From: Octopus sinensis
Lineage: Eukaryota
Length of the DNA: 64,000 nucleotides
NCBI RefSeq assembly: GCF_006345805.1
Contig: NC_043015.1
Span: 7,874,001 to 7,938,000, forward strand
Direction of reading: 5' to 3'
The notes beneath the pieces are model-generated. The model saw only the letters and a program-made list of their open reading frames with translations, was not told the origin of the DNA and made no database searches. How positions within the stretch are numbered: position 1 is the stretch's first letter; the number at the start of each line of letters is the position of its first letter. A program made the translations under genes and the position numbers. Shown one piece after another: positions 13,222 through 27,023 of this stretch.

Positions 13222-13388
13222 TGAACGCAGATGTTTCTTCACGGAAGTGTCATCCTGAATGTATTCCTTAATGCGTATATGCAACTTTCTGGTGCTTCCT
13301 ATGTATGATGCTCCACATTTGCCACAGATGATCTCACATGCAACATAGGTCCTCTGGCACAATTCAGGTTCTTGTGCATTCTTCAGAG
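13222..13388 (-). mobile_element. Penelope-like GIY-YIG endonuclease fragment
   Basis: Translation ELCQRTYVACEIICGKCGASYIGSTRKLHIRIKEY...SVKKHL matches the Penelope CxxC-YIG-T-R...RIKEH pattern. Confidence 0.75.
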
Positions 13389-13473
13389 TAGTGAAAGATA
13401 TTGTTCTCGGTCAGAGCTTTTCCCAGGGGAGGGCCATGTGGGAATCGCTGCAGTAGTTCTGTCGTCAAAGTGT

Positions 13474-13538
13474 GGAAATCGAACCCACGATCACGCAATC
13501 GTGAGTGCAACACTCTAACAACTAAACCATTCACACGC
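13474..13538 (-). mobile_element. tRNA-derived SINE head
   Basis: Minus strand: TGGTTTAGTTG (A-box-like) ... GGGTTCGATTTCC (B box). No complete cloverleaf. Confidence 0.6.
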
Positions 13539-15004
13539 AGACACACACACACACACACACACACACATAAATATCTGTGTGTGCATACGTGTGGGCAACG
13601 TCGTCGCCCCAGCAAGGACGCGGCTCTCGAGCTGAGACTAGTAATGATGAAAAATTGTATATATTTATGTATTATGTGCTCCTATACTTATGTGCACTGC
13701 TTTAATCACACACCACTTATAAACAGATAGAAATAAAATTGTATCGAAAACATTCTATCGAATTGCAAAACAAATTGTAAAACGGAATGTTTATCACGAG
13801 ATAAATAGATAAAACAAACTGCATGACAGCAAGTATTACAGATGTTCGTTCTTTGAATTAATTTCGTTCAACGAAACTATGGAGCATACATGAATATGAA
13901 GAAAAATATTTACACGGCTTATCTTCAGTGTGTAGATTACATCACGCTGTAATTAAATGTTGAATTATTAGACAAATCTCATGTCACCTGCTATAAATCT
14001 TTGTGTTTATGAATACACCTCTAAGTTTTCTATATAATTTAATGATTATTTTGATTTAAAGTAATATATTTTGCATGTAGATATTTATCAGCATTCGCTG
14101 TAATGAAAATATATACCAGCAATATATTGGTTTTTAATTATTTGAGCATCTTCAGCCACATATAACGCATTGTGCAGTGGAAAACATTATATATACACAA
14201 TCTCTATCCGCAATAGAAACATTTTACAAGATGTTACATTTTCAGATAATAGGCGTATAACGAAACTATAAATAATCTAAAATGATTCGCCTCGAGGACT
14301 TTTCCAAAGAGATTGTTGCTAACTTCCTACCAGAACTTAAAGTTTAACATTAGTATCAAAAGACATCAGTATGAAGTATAATCACAATGGAGCTATAGTG
14401 TTATATGAATTTTGCTTAAAGCCTTTCTTGAAGACAATGAGTTTTTCTTTCTTTCATATGCTGACTTGCTTTCCTTTTCTTCATTGAGGAATACGTTTAA
14501 GCAATATATTGTTGTGAATGAATGTCAGTCCAATATAACGCTTTATTATCATATATAGCCATATTTAATAAAGTTATTTTGTAATAACTAGAGTTTTGTT
14601 CACACATCATCACGGAACAGAAAACAGCCTGATAAAATTAATTATGTCATTACCCTAACGCAATTTATCTTCTGCAATGAAAGAACACGCACACTCCTTC
14701 TGTGCTTTAAGCCATGAAACGATAAATTCTCATATGATATCAATAAATCAAGAAGTATTTGGAATCGTATACAATATCTATTCATGTTCGTTTTTTATTT
14801 GGTGGTTTCTTTTAACTGAATTATAGAATAGCATGTCATTCATACGTAATTTTCCTATTCTTATTTGTATTCTTTGAACATTAAATTAGTTTGTTTTTAG
14901 CAACGGTTAATATAATTATACCTGTATGCCTAGTCACATTGCTGGTTTTAAAAGCAGATACAATACGGATAAAATATTGCTATCATACATCGATAAACCC
15001 TTTC

Positions 15005-15075
15005 TGCTGCTTATGTTGCTGCTGCTTATGTTGCTGCTGCTGCTGCTGCTGCTTATGTTGCTGCTGCTGCTACTG

Positions 15076-15106
<31 letters not shown>

Positions 15107-15107
15107 A
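15005..15107. repeat. (CTG)n/(CTA)n trinucleotide microsatellite
   Basis: Directly visible. Confidence 0.95.
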
Positions 15108-15219
15108 AATGCTTGCTGTTAGCAATGAAATATATGTGCTGTACGTGAGTTCACTCTTTCTATCGAATCAACGTTGCCTGAACAGGTTCTCAGAGTACCA
15201 CGCGTCGAGTGTCGAAGAA

Positions 15220-15430
15220 ACCGCAGAGTAACGTGAGATGATGTGTTTTGCTCAAGAACACAGCATAACAATAACAATAATATTTTCCTGATTTGAGCGG
15301 AAGGTTATAACTTACACCCGAAGGAAGTCCTCGATTCAATCGGCTCCGTTACTTCACTGCTTTCTAATCTTATCGGTCACGAAGGAATGTAAGACAAAAT
15401 TCACCTAGATAGAATTTCGACTGAAAACGC
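15220..15430 (-). mobile_element. Two adjacent degenerate SINE fragments (CORE-like 15220-15270; Meta-like 15310-15430)
   Basis: GAGATGATGTGTTTTGCTCAAGAACACAGC is the reverse complement of the CORE-like domain. The next segment weakly matches the reverse of the 34898 family. Confidence 0.4.
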
Positions 15431-17559
15431 CTGAACATTTATACAACTCATTTAAAGTGTACGAATGGGTAGACCTTCATCAGGTATAGTTGCCTGGGTT
15501 AGCGATTTTCTAAATTATGCAGGCTTTGTCAGAATTATTTAGGTGGAGCAAGCTAGTTTGATAATTTTTCAGTTGCAAAAGCCCGAGATGACCCTACTTT
15601 CAGTGGAGTATTAAGGGGTGGATCAGACGACGCTGATGATTCTAATGATGGTCCATACCTACTCCTCCCTTAGGCTCTCAGCATTTGAAAGATTTACTCA
15701 GTGTTTGTATTACTTTAACTCTCAGTATGAAAGTAAATTTCGGCTAGTAAGCTTTGTTGTATGTGTGATGAATTATCCAAAATGAGTTTAGAATGCTGGG
15801 ACCTTTTTCTAGATGCATGCTGAAAGGTTAGTTCCATAAATCCCTTTATGTATCCAGCATAAAAATCAAGGTAATAGGGAATATCTACCTGGAACAAACG
15901 GTATCACTTCATAGACTGTGAATTTCAAGTTAATTTCCATAATTAAGAAATATATCAGAGCCACAGTCCCTTAAACGCTGATTTAATCATTTCCGAATAT
16001 TGAGTATTATTTTATTTTATCATGTCTGCTAAGATTAAATCTAAAGTTGATGCAGGCAGGATCTAAACTCAGTTGTAAACTCAAATGTTTAAACAGCTGA
16101 GCAGATTATTCTTGCATTTATTACTGAACGATGTTTAGAAAAAAAATCGTAAATGATTTAATATTTATCATCGAATCTCAAACTCATAACATGTGTAGTT
16201 ATAACTAATGCCGAAAGCCATAAATTTGGCTTTCTGATGTTTGACTAGACGTATTTAATAGTACAATGCTTAAAATCATAGCTGCTGCCATCGGCATTCT
16301 TACATTGACATAAATAATTCTTACTGCGGGGTTTTGCAACTAGCCGAATGTACACTGGTCAATGTATTCATTGAAATATTTCGTTTTAATACAAACATAT
16401 CACTTGTTATGTAAGTATAATAGAACAATAGAAACCGTAATAGAATTAGAATCATTAATTTTTTAATATTTCTTCTTTTGTGATGTAATTTGAAAGAAAA
16501 CATAAAACGGAGATAAGATAACTAGCTATATTATATTATTATCATCAAGATATCAACGTACCGAAACTGAGTTATAAAAACATAGTATTTTATGTTGCAA
16601 TCTGCTTCAAATTCACCAACTTATTGTAACGGAAACTATTTATTTCTAAATCAATATCTCTACACTAACAGTTTCCTTGTTTCAAGACAAATATTGTTAT
16701 TATAATAGCTGAAAGATTATAAGAAAACCAATGACCAGAAAGAAAAAAAATATATATAATTTCTTTATATTTCTCTAATGAACCGAATCAAACTAAGAAG
16801 AGATCAAACAAGTCTTTGTCGGTAAACACTAATCTAGTTTTATTTATAAATTTTATGAATACGATCGAAGATCACAGAACATTTTATATATTCTATTTGG
16901 CGAAGTAGAGAAAACCTCGGATATAACATCCGTAAAGATTATGGGATTTCTAAAATAATAAATATGTGAATATTTCTATCTATATTACATGTGTGAGTGT
17001 ATAATCGCTAAACATAAAGATATAAATAAAGTAATGTGTCTGATATGCATTTGCTTCACAGCCGCCATATTCAGGGAAGTTTTAGAGTAAGTTTTCCAAT
17101 TGAAAGAAAGATAGATTAGTTCTCTTTAAAATATATTTGCTAAATAAGGGGAATAGGGTTTTACACTTGTTGTTAAATAAAAAGCATGACCGGACATAGT
17201 AGAGGGATGTCAGTTAACCATTCAGTGATTCCGATTTGGTGAGATGTGGAGACAGTGAAGGACCTAATTAAGATAGCATAGTGATCCGTCTAATTACATA
17301 ATATGGGAAGGATATAACTGCTTAAAAGAATATGAAGCAGCATCAGATACGTTTCCTAACATTTATGTACATGATACCTACATGTGAATAAAGAGGAGTG
17401 ACCTCAAACCGAATAAATATGGCTGAAATAGGGTTGTTTAAATTAATGCAGTATGTTCACTGTTTATGATCATTATTATTTCAACACTGTTGAAAAATAC
17501 AGAAAACAATTCATTATAACTCATGAAACTATCGTAAATGACTTTAAATAGTGTTCTTA

Positions 17560-17665
17560 TCTATCTCTCTATATATCTATCTATCTATCTATCTATCTAT
17601 CCATCTATCTATCCATCTATCTATCTATCCATCTATCTATCTATCTATCCATCTATCTATCTCGC
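17560..17665. repeat. (ATCT)n/(ATCC)n tetranucleotide microsatellite
   Basis: Directly visible. Confidence 0.95.
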
Positions 17666-18236
17666 TATGCATCCATCTGTCTATCTGTATGCATGTATGT
17701 ATGTATGTGTGTGTATGTGCATATGTACGTACTGGTATGCATATGTGCGTGTGTATATATATAGAGAGAGAGGGGGAGAGAAAGAAAGATGGAGAGAATG
17801 AATGAGAGATTATATATGGATTTTGTATAGCAAACTGCAGACACGTAGAACAGTGGCAAGTCAAAGTTTTGACAAAGTAAAACGAATTAAAAAAATACAA
17901 TCAAAATACCACTGAACATGGAGGTCTTTGAAAAGCGACAGAACAACACATAATTAGTTTTATGACATTAGCAAAGATTCTAGACAGATAAATCCATTAC
18001 GTATAACGTACACTTGTTCCATTTCCTGAAAATATGTGGAATCTCACGAAGTAATCGAAGAACTGTCATTGGACAAGAAGTCTGGATAGAAAGATATCAG
18101 AAATTCTTATGTTAACTCTAACGTGTATTTGCATGGAGGGAATTGTATGCAGCCATCAAAACTTGAGTAAAACAAATTCAGACAGAAACAAGCACATATA
18201 CGCACATACATAGATACCAAAACACAAACACACATG

Positions 18237-18271
<35 letters not shown>

Positions 18272-18274
<3 letters not shown>

Positions 18275-18385
18275 TATTAGAGACAAAACCACTAATAATA
18301 TTTCATAATATTTTACTATAAAATTGGATTTAATCCTAAATCTGATTTTTTCCCTGTAAATTTGGATTTATCCCCTAATATTTAT

Positions 18386-18390
<5 letters not shown>
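18272..18390. mobile_element. Short element of the 20718-21009 family, between (TA)n tracts
   Basis: Begins TTAGAGACAAAACCACTA. Bases ~18305-18385 are an inverted copy of ~20720-20800. Confidence 0.7.
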
Positions 18391-18467
<77 letters not shown>

Positions 18468-18771
18468 ACAACACAGACAAAGGCATCAGAAAGTAATAAG
18501 CATGGGAATAGTAAAATAAAAACATTTGAAATTCAACTATGTATTTAGTAAAATGAATTGCATAAGATACATGGTTTCAAGGAAGCTCAAACCTTTTATA
18601 GTCATTTGAGTCCAAAACACAAGTCATCAAAAAATATCAGATTTCAAGCGCAGAGCTGTAACAAATAGTTGAATAAACGTATCAGTTCTTATAGACAGGT
18701 AGAGTTCATTGGTTCATTGTTTATCCTCGAAAGTCAATGAAAAACGAAAGGTAGATCACTCCTACCCGTTT

Positions 18772-18915
18772 CGTTACTACCCACAAGGGGCTAAACACAG
18801 AGAGGACAAACAAGGACAGACAAACGGATTAAGTCGATTACATCGATTCCAGTGCGTAACTGGTACTTAATTTGTCGACTCCGAAAGGATGAAAGGCAAA
18901 GTCGATCTCGGCGGA
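18772..18915 (-). mobile_element. 5'-truncated SINE of the 34898 family
   Basis: Reverse complement of GAGGTCGACTTTGCCTTTCATCCTTTCGG...AGTACCAG...GTGTTTAGCCCCTTGTGGG. Confidence 0.85.
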
Positions 18916-19409
18916 AAACAAAGCAATCACTCCTACCAAGTTTCTCTTGTGTTGTTGTTTACTGTTTATGTCGTTGGTAGCTTTAATGAACATTTAAACA
19001 GTGATAGAGACAGTGAAGTAGAGGATACGGACAGAATGAAGCTAACTTTCTGCCTGTTGTTTCAGCAGCCGTCGAGAAAGACAGAATGACACTTCTCATT
19101 CTAAAGTGAGGTAGTGATAAACATTAGTAGTCTTTGTTCCTGCCCCTCTCACCAAGCTCTCTCCACTAACTTTTAGCTAGCAGGCAGTCTGTACTTATTA
19201 TTATCGTGACACGGCAAGAAATGGTAACTGATGTAAATATTTTCCTGATATCTTGTCCACCATTGTTTGCATAGGATGGGTTAAAAAGGTCACTTGACGT
19301 ATACTTAAAATCAGCTTGGCCTCAGCCTTGTGTTGAACGTCTCAGCTTATTATTCTTGTCCCTTCGTGAGAGACATGATTAATAGTCGCTCCAGTCCAAA
19401 GAATAATAA

Positions 19410-19627
19410 TTGCTCCAGTCCACCCAGCTGGCAAAAATGAATAGTACCTGTATTTCAAAAAGACCCAGCCTTGTCACACTCTGTGTCACGCTGAATCTCC
19501 TTTACGAACTACGTTAAGGGTACACGTGTCTGTGGAATGCTCAGCCATTTGCACGTTAATTTCACAATAAAGCTGTTCTGTTGATCGTATCAGCTGGGAC
19601 CCTCGTCGTCGTAACCGACAGAGTGCG
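19410..19627 (+). mobile_element. 3' half of a CORE-type SINE; tail shared with 53927-54299
   Basis: TTGCTCCAGTCCACCCAGCTG (end of CORE-like domain), then a tail ...CTACGTTAAGGGTACACGTGTCTGTGG...CCCTCGTCGTCGTAACCG. Confidence 0.8.
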
Positions 19628-20150
19628 CCTTCTTTTTTTTTGTAGTAGTTGTAGTATTAGTGGTGGTGGTGGTGGCAGTAGTAGTATCTGTTTACAAATG
19701 GGTATAGGATGGGATCAAGAAAGAGGAGCATGTGGAGCTACCCTTGTGTAAGCTGCAGATATTTCTCTTCCTTTAAAAGACATATTTCCGCATCTTACAG
19801 TACACAGCGATACAGCAACTAGTTTTTCTCAGATATACGTCTATGTGAAGTAATAATCCACTGCAATATATGCATGTACGTATATATTATATGCAGGCTC
19901 AGGCCTGTGTTAGATCAGACGTATGTATATTAATATACATTACTATCCATTACTATTCACCAGTACATTAGTGAATAAAGCAGCAACAACAACTTGAAAC
20001 ATTTTACTGGGCAGAGAAGATATATGATAAACTTGAAAAGACAGAGGAAAAAGGAAAAATATCCAATATTTTTCAAGTGATACGAAAATGCAGGATTTTT
20101 CTAATATGAAAATAGACATTTATTCTCACATACCTTATGAATAGTATATA

Positions 20151-20300
20151 GGATGGCGAGCTGCCAAGATGGTTAGCAAGCCCGGTAAAATGCTTAGCGG
20201 CATTTCGTCCGTGTTTATATTCTGAGTTTACATTCTGCCGAGTTCGATTTTGACTTTAATTCTTACGGGGTCATAAAATAAGTACCAGTTAAGCATAAAA
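20151..20300 (+). mobile_element. Degenerate SINE (34898-type head and central domain)
   Basis: GGCGAGCTG...AAATGCTTAGCGGCATTTCGTCCG...AATAAGTACCAGTT. Confidence 0.75.
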
Positions 20301-20717
20301 CTAGTCCGAATTTGAGACGTATAATATCTGTCTCTATCTATCTACCTCTATTTATGTGTGAGTGTGTGAGTGTGTTAGTGTGTGTGTGTGTGTGTTAGAG
20401 TGTGTGTGTGTGTGTGTGTATAATCATATCGAAGGGGAATCAAAATTAATACAAATTTTCAATTCCAGTGGTCTAGTCTGTAAAAGTTTAGTCCAAAGAT
20501 TATGTATTACTCATAAAATGCAGTGTACATTTATACATATAAGAGGTATCCACTCATAGGATTCATCACGCTAGAAAGAACAGCTAGTTTGTCAAAGGTT
20601 TTAGAACCTAGTTTTTCTTTCTAGTGTGACGAATCCCTTGTCAGGATTCCTCTTATATGTATAAATATACACTGTATTTTATGAGTTATATATATATATA
20701 TATATATATATAATAAT

Positions 20718-21009
20718 AATAAATATTAGGGAATAAATCCAAATTTACAGGGAAAAATCAGATTTAGGACTGAATCCAATTTTATAGTAAAATATTATAT
20801 AAAATTAATTAGAGACAAAACCACTATTATGCAAAACAAACAAAGAAAGACTTAATCCAATACATAAAAAATTTTTATATAAATTAAATAAAATTAAATT
20901 CGCCACTACAATTGTTTCGTGTCTCTTCTAAGGACATTCATCAGGTGGTATTCAGATCTTCTATTCAATTTTAAGTTATTGCATAATAGTGGTTTTGACT
21001 CTAATTAAT
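20718..21009. mobile_element. Penelope-like pseudo-LTR mini-element with a 31-bp inverted repeat and a hammerhead motif
   Basis: Inverted repeat 20804-20834 / 20979-21009 (1 mismatch), flanked by (TA)n on both sides. The hammerhead core lies inside. Confidence 0.65.
20903..20948 (-). ncRNA. Minimal type I hammerhead ribozyme motif
   Basis: Minus strand CCAC-CTGATGA-A.TGTC-9nt-GACA.C-GAAA-C-AATT-G-TA-GTGG. Stem I has 4 bp, stem II 4 bp with an A.C closing mismatch, stem III is palindromic (ACAATTGT), and the cleavage triplet is GUA. Confidence 0.7.
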
Positions 21010-21011
21010 AT

Positions 21012-21046
<35 letters not shown>

Positions 21047-22119
21047 GGACAGAGAGAGTGAGATAGAAAGAAAGGGTAATGGGGGAGGATAAAGGGTGTG
21101 GTCATTTCTGAATAGTTGTGTTTCTGTTCAACTTAGCTTCTCATCTGGATTTGTTAAAGTAAATGACGAAGTACTCACATCGATAATATTGTCAGTAGTA
21201 GCGGGGCCTACATTAGCATAATCATCTTCATCATCATCATCATCACCATCATCTGCAACAGCGGCAGCAACTGCAGTAATTCTATTTTATTCCTTTTCTT
21301 TTTTTTAATATTACTAGAGCCTTTACTGTTAAACCAGATTTATACCCTAGTACATAAATCATAGCAAGTATTACATCCATGAAAACCGTTTCTCATATCT
21401 TTTGGATAACGGTGTGATTTAAGAAATTTTGATTCCAATTTCTATACGTAGAAGGTTCATCCTCATGCTTACTTTATATGTTCAAAATCGAACATATAAA
21501 GTACGCATGCCTGTATGGCTGGGTTTTGGAATAACATCATTAATATTTCTCTGATCATATAGCAGTAACCGATAAAATCGTTCTCCGCTTTAATCTCACT
21601 CACATTTATGAATATGGAAATGTGTTAATGCGCGTGTGCACTTGTGGTCTATGTGGGTCTTTACGTGTGTACGTGTATAAATATGCATATATGTATGCAG
21701 GTATATATATGTGTGTGTGTGTGTGTAATCCTGATATGCATTTGGGTAGTTATTCAAATCTGATGTCAATAGAATTGTATAATTTTTTCCTTACACCTTT
21801 TACTAATTCCAGTCAATGGACTGTAGCCATGCTGGGGCTGAGCATTCTAGAGTTTTGTCGAAGTGCATTGATGTCAAGTCTGGTACTCACACTATCTCTC
21901 TCTCTCCCTCTCTTCCGAGGCGTTATGTCACAAGAACTTAAACAAACTTATACACGTTGTCAAACGGTGCTAGGGAACAAAGACACACACACACACACAC
22001 ATTGGCTATATATATATATATACACACATACACACAAGCACACACATACATATATAAAGTCAATGTACGATAAAACTTCCAAGCATATTCAAACAATTTT
22101 GTCACGTTGAGTTTTATGA

Positions 22120-22210
22120 CATATTATCATCGTCACTGGTGTTGATTACATCGACTCAAGCCCCCCCAAAAGAAAAGTGCTGCCTTTGTGGCAAAATTTG
22201 AAACTTATCA
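22120..22210 (+). mobile_element. 3' half of a degenerate SINE with an ATT-type tail
   Basis: CACTGGTGTTGATTACATCGACTC...CTTTGTGGCAAAATTTGAAAC resembles the tails at 27200 and 39880. Confidence 0.55.
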
Positions 22211-22220
22211 TTATTATCAC

Positions 22221-22774
22221 TGAGTGAGAGAGCAGTGTATGCCATCAAAGTGACACTGAGTTAAAATATAAGAAGCTTGGTAAACATACCATGACTCCCC
22301 ATCTGATAAGGTTACACGAGACACACGCATCACAACCCTATGCGGGCGAGATAGTGATCTCATATCAAAATAAACAGCACATGAACACGCAGGTGGGGCC
22401 CAGTTAGAGTTTTCCTCAGGAGTAGCCCTTCGCATTCAAAAGGTCTAAGACTAAGGATTGCTTAAGTATGTTGTACGAAACACCCATGTTTCCAAAGGTG
22501 AATAATACAAAACCCAAAGAATTCCACTCAACACATGGCTAAGAAGCTCTCTCTCTACTTCGGCTCATAATCAGAAATGCACATATCGTCAGCCGCTAAG
22601 GGACATGCTCAACTGGTTAAGGTCAAGCATCTGACAAGCAAATCTATGGTATGGAGCAGAATATTTGCTGTAGCACATCTTTTATACCAAGACAAAACAA
22701 TGTACATGATAACACTTCCAATCAGTTAACGCCAGACGACAAGAGAGCCACCACTGGGTACTGCACCAGGGCAT
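22221..22774. mobile_element. ~550-bp non-coding interspersed repeat associated with trinucleotide tracts
   Basis: Colinear with 39921-40383 and 40431-40972. Fragments occur at 24558-24700 (inverted) and 32905-33035. Confidence 0.85.
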
Positions 22775-23473
22775 TTATTATTAATTATTATAATTATTAT
22801 TATTAATTTGAATTAGTTTTTGTTGTATTATCATCAATGACAGTGCATTCGTACGGCCACATTCATAATCGCTTCAAACAGCCAAAGGACGAAATAAAAC
22901 CATAAGTACACGTCCTATTCTTGTTCGTGATTGTCTCGTTGGCCTTGTTATTTTCTTCTACTTTCACTTTCTCCACTTCTAATTCTTCTTCGCATTTATT
23001 TTTATTATTCATATCCACCATTACAATAGAAACATAACATTATTCCTACACTATATTTATTTCTGCTTAGAATTTTACATACAATATATATACGTCACAC
23101 ATACATACCTAAAGATATATATATATATATATATATAATACTTTTTTTCCTTAAATTATTGTCGAACGTTGTCTTGAAAGTTACGTTACATTTTCCTCAA
23201 TTCTACTTTATAGTAAATCCTATAACATACACCACTTTTGATCTTAAATCAGACCAAAAGTTAATGTACTGTTTACTCGATTTTCTTTTGCTTTCACGCA
23301 TTGACTTTGTCATATTCTTCCTCTCTCCCGTTGAACATACGCTTTATTTCCCTCCGTTATATATATATTTTTTTCCTTTTTGTCTTCCTTAGCTTCGTTG
23401 ACTTTGAAGCTTTCTTCGTATATCTTCATATGTGGGCCTGTATGTGTCAGCTTCTGCGAGAGTCTCCATACTG

Positions 23474-23530
<57 letters not shown>

Positions 23531-23750
23531 TATGTGTGTGTGTGTGTGTGTGTGTGTTATTATGTATGTATGCATTTATGTGCGTGTATGTGTATGTGTG
23601 CGTAATGTTTTTTGTCATATGTATATAAATACATTAAGCTTATTTCTAATTTCATTTTTCGTAAATCTAAACATCCAACTTTATGTTACATTTACATTTT
23701 AAGAGATAAAACGGAGACAACTTTATGTTTCTCTCATTGAAATAAGGATA

Positions 23751-23754
<4 letters not shown>

Positions 23755-23796
<42 letters not shown>

Positions 23797-23890
23797 GATG
23801 CTGCTGCTGCCTCAACAGAAGATGTTGATGAAGATAATAGTAATAACGATAATAATAATAATAATGATAACAATAATAATAATAACAAAC
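23755..23890. repeat. (CTA)n and (TAA)n trinucleotide tracts
   Basis: Directly visible. Confidence 0.9.
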
Positions 23891-24506
23891 TTTATTTTCT
23901 TTAAGTGCACATCATTGAGAGAAGAATGTAGACTTCACGAGACGTACAGTTATCTACATACACACGCTTATTGGATAGTGGTTAGTGCACGGTTGTTGCC
24001 ACGTGATTAGTGGGTTGAGTACTCGAAAGAAATCCTTTCACAGTACTCGCGTCTACTCAACTGAAATGATTAACTGTTTTGTGCTCGTGTTGTCTATGTC
24101 CTTGCAGCTGTTACAACATGGATGCTCTGCTGGGTTATTTGTTCGACACTAACCGGAGTGCCTACGTCTAGTTGAGCTTACGTAGTCACTTAATTCAAGT
24201 ACAAAACCATGACAAATTATAACAAATCATGACCAGTTCCTCTAACGGCATCTTTTGTCTCTTAAATATTTACATAAAATTCAAACGAATGAATATATAA
24301 GTACAAAGTTTCAACTCACAATATATTTTAAAGTTATTTTCATCAAATACTTTTCTGACACATATAATGTATTTATATAAAGGATTTGATGATATTTCCA
24401 CCATTTTCTAAGTCTAACATCCATCATTATGCTAATTCAGCAGTTTGAGCAACAGAGAAAGGAAGATATTTTCTAAATGATTGACGTTAGTATAAACCAA
24501 CTTTAT

Positions 24507-24539
<33 letters not shown>

Positions 24540-24557
24540 AATAATAATAAGCAACCT

Positions 24558-24700
24558 ATGAGATCACCATGTCGTGATGTACATATGATTGTGGTGCATG
24601 TAAATAGGGTACCTTTATCAGATGGGTAGTCATGATGGGTACACTGGGCTCCTTATATTTTGCCTCATTGTCAATTTGGTGGTATGCACTGCTCTCTCAA
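24558..24700. mobile_element. Terminal fragment of the ~550-bp family, inverted, between (CAA)n(TAA)n and (TAA)n
   Basis: Ends ...GGTATGCACTGCTCTCTCAATAATAAT, the reverse complement of the 22221 start. Confidence 0.8.
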
Positions 24701-27023
24701 TAATAATAATAATAATAATAATAACAATATTTACCATCTTCCTCACATCATCATCACCATCATCTCACTTTATTGGCATCAGATAACATGTTCTATTAGA
24801 CTAAGGTGTATATGAAATTTATTTACCAATCAAAAGTGTATAGACGTAAGCAATTTCCCCAAAGTTGGGTAAAGCTCTATTCAGTATATCAATTTTATTG
24901 AGCTTTATTTCCTTTCCTATTGTCGCAATGTAATATCTTGAAATAAGATGGCGGAATCCTAGCACCCCCGCGCATAATGTTAGTTGGCTGTGCTTTGCTA
25001 ATAATATTTTTTAATGTTTTGTTTAATATTTTGTTGCCCCTTTTGTGTTTCCTCGCCTAAGCCATCACTCGGATTGTACGGGTTAATCGTAAATTTACAC
25101 AAATTCTACTCTATGAAATATTTGCTTGTGCCACCATTGAGTTACCGTCTGCTTAGTTTCTATATATTAAATATTAAGAGTGATCAAGCTCAACGTTAAA
25201 ATACCATATTTTAGTTGATGTTACCTCTCCCCCAAACTCTGTAGCAGTAATATGTTCGGGCGTGTGGCGTCTGAACAACATTCATCTCATGTCATTGTTC
25301 AAGTAAAAAAAAAAGTTATATATTCCATACTCCATTCACAGAAGCTTATTTCGTGCATATCGATCAGAAATATTTCCTTAGAAGGTATATAGGGACTGCT
25401 TTAATTTCTCGAAAATACAGTGGCCTCTTGCATGAGTAATACTAATTTCCAGAGATTCTCTTTTCAAAAATGCACTGTCTCGTTTATTATACTTCTGTCA
25501 TATAGTTTCATTTTCTGGACACGAAAGCATATCGATCACCTTTCTCGTATTAACAACGCAAGAACTGCTGAGAATGGTTATTAAAGTTTTCCGATTTACT
25601 ATTTTACGTTTTGTATTGTATATTTCTGAAATATTATGCTCATTTTTTTTTTAGCCAATTTACACAACTATTAAAAAACTTGCTATTTCTAAAATTGTAT
25701 TATATTGTTTTCAGTTTGTAGACGTATTGCTAATACGTCTGTACTAGTAATACAGTCTCAAAACTACCACATATAGCCATACTGATTTGAAGAAAAATTT
25801 AAATATTATACGAGCGTGTAAAAGAAAGGACAACGTTTCTAGCTCAAATAACGTGGTATTCACACTATCATAATAATGTCCATACACCGCATATGGAAAC
25901 ACAAAAATCTTGACCAAATTTATTAAAGAAAAGAATTCATCATATACAGTTGATGTTTACACTCTTCTCCAAAATGTGATTTTGAGAACAATAATAACAA
26001 AATCACATCAACAATTTCCAAATGAGACTTCAAATTCCTATTATTTGATATGAGCTTTGATAGCTAGGAGAAACATTATCGACTGGTAAGCAACTAAGGT
26101 CAATTAGTGTATTCTAAAACATCTGAGAGCAAAAGCTATTCCGAAATTTTTTATAACAGAATTCAGTGTATCCTATGTTAAATTAAAATAATGTGTGTGG
26201 TTTGAGAGATGCTTGGTTTATAATTCAAACGAAAAAGAAAAGAACCCAAAGAAAAACAGCTCGTTGGCTCATGCTAGAAGGTGATACAATATATAATATA
26301 TTGCTTTGTTACATGAGCTGCCAACGGTCAGCTTCTGTCAATATAACATTTTCACGTGTTCTCGTAGCGACTACCCGTCTTTTAAATGCGTGCATTTAAT
26401 GGAGTTCAGAAAAATATTATCCAACGCATACAGTTTTAACGCAGTAGAGTAGAATTTGAAGAAACATCGACCGTTATTTCTAGCAGACGTGAAACAACGG
26501 AGATTTTTCTTTGTTGCCTGGTTATATATTATATTGAAGAAATATGTAAGCGGCCTACCCTTCCAACTATATATGTCCCTGTTCATAACCTAGAAATCGA
26601 TAGATCTCTAAAAGCAACGCAGATATAGCACAATCTATATTCGTCTTGTCTTATATTTAGAGAGAATATGATTAAATTCATATTAATCATAACTGCCATT
26701 CGACGAGAAACAATTGTCATACATTTAATAAGTCAAGTGCTCACTTTCACTCGCATATAATCGTAACGAAAACTTAATTTACGCACACACATACTCGCAA
26801 ATATACACATAATACGTAACTATATATATATATATATATATATTAATAACACGCACACTCATACGTTTATCTGTGTGTTTATGTATGCATCGTACAAACC
26901 CACATAGACAAAAATATTACGTACACTGCATGAATTTGTCATTCAAACAAAATATATTCATAGAAGAAAGAGAAATAAAACTACGTTGTTGGTGTGTTCG
27001 CTGTCATTGTTATTTTTATTATT

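Noticed and set aside
18889-19089. 66-aa ORF
   Set aside because: It starts inside an antisense SINE and has no recognisable motif.
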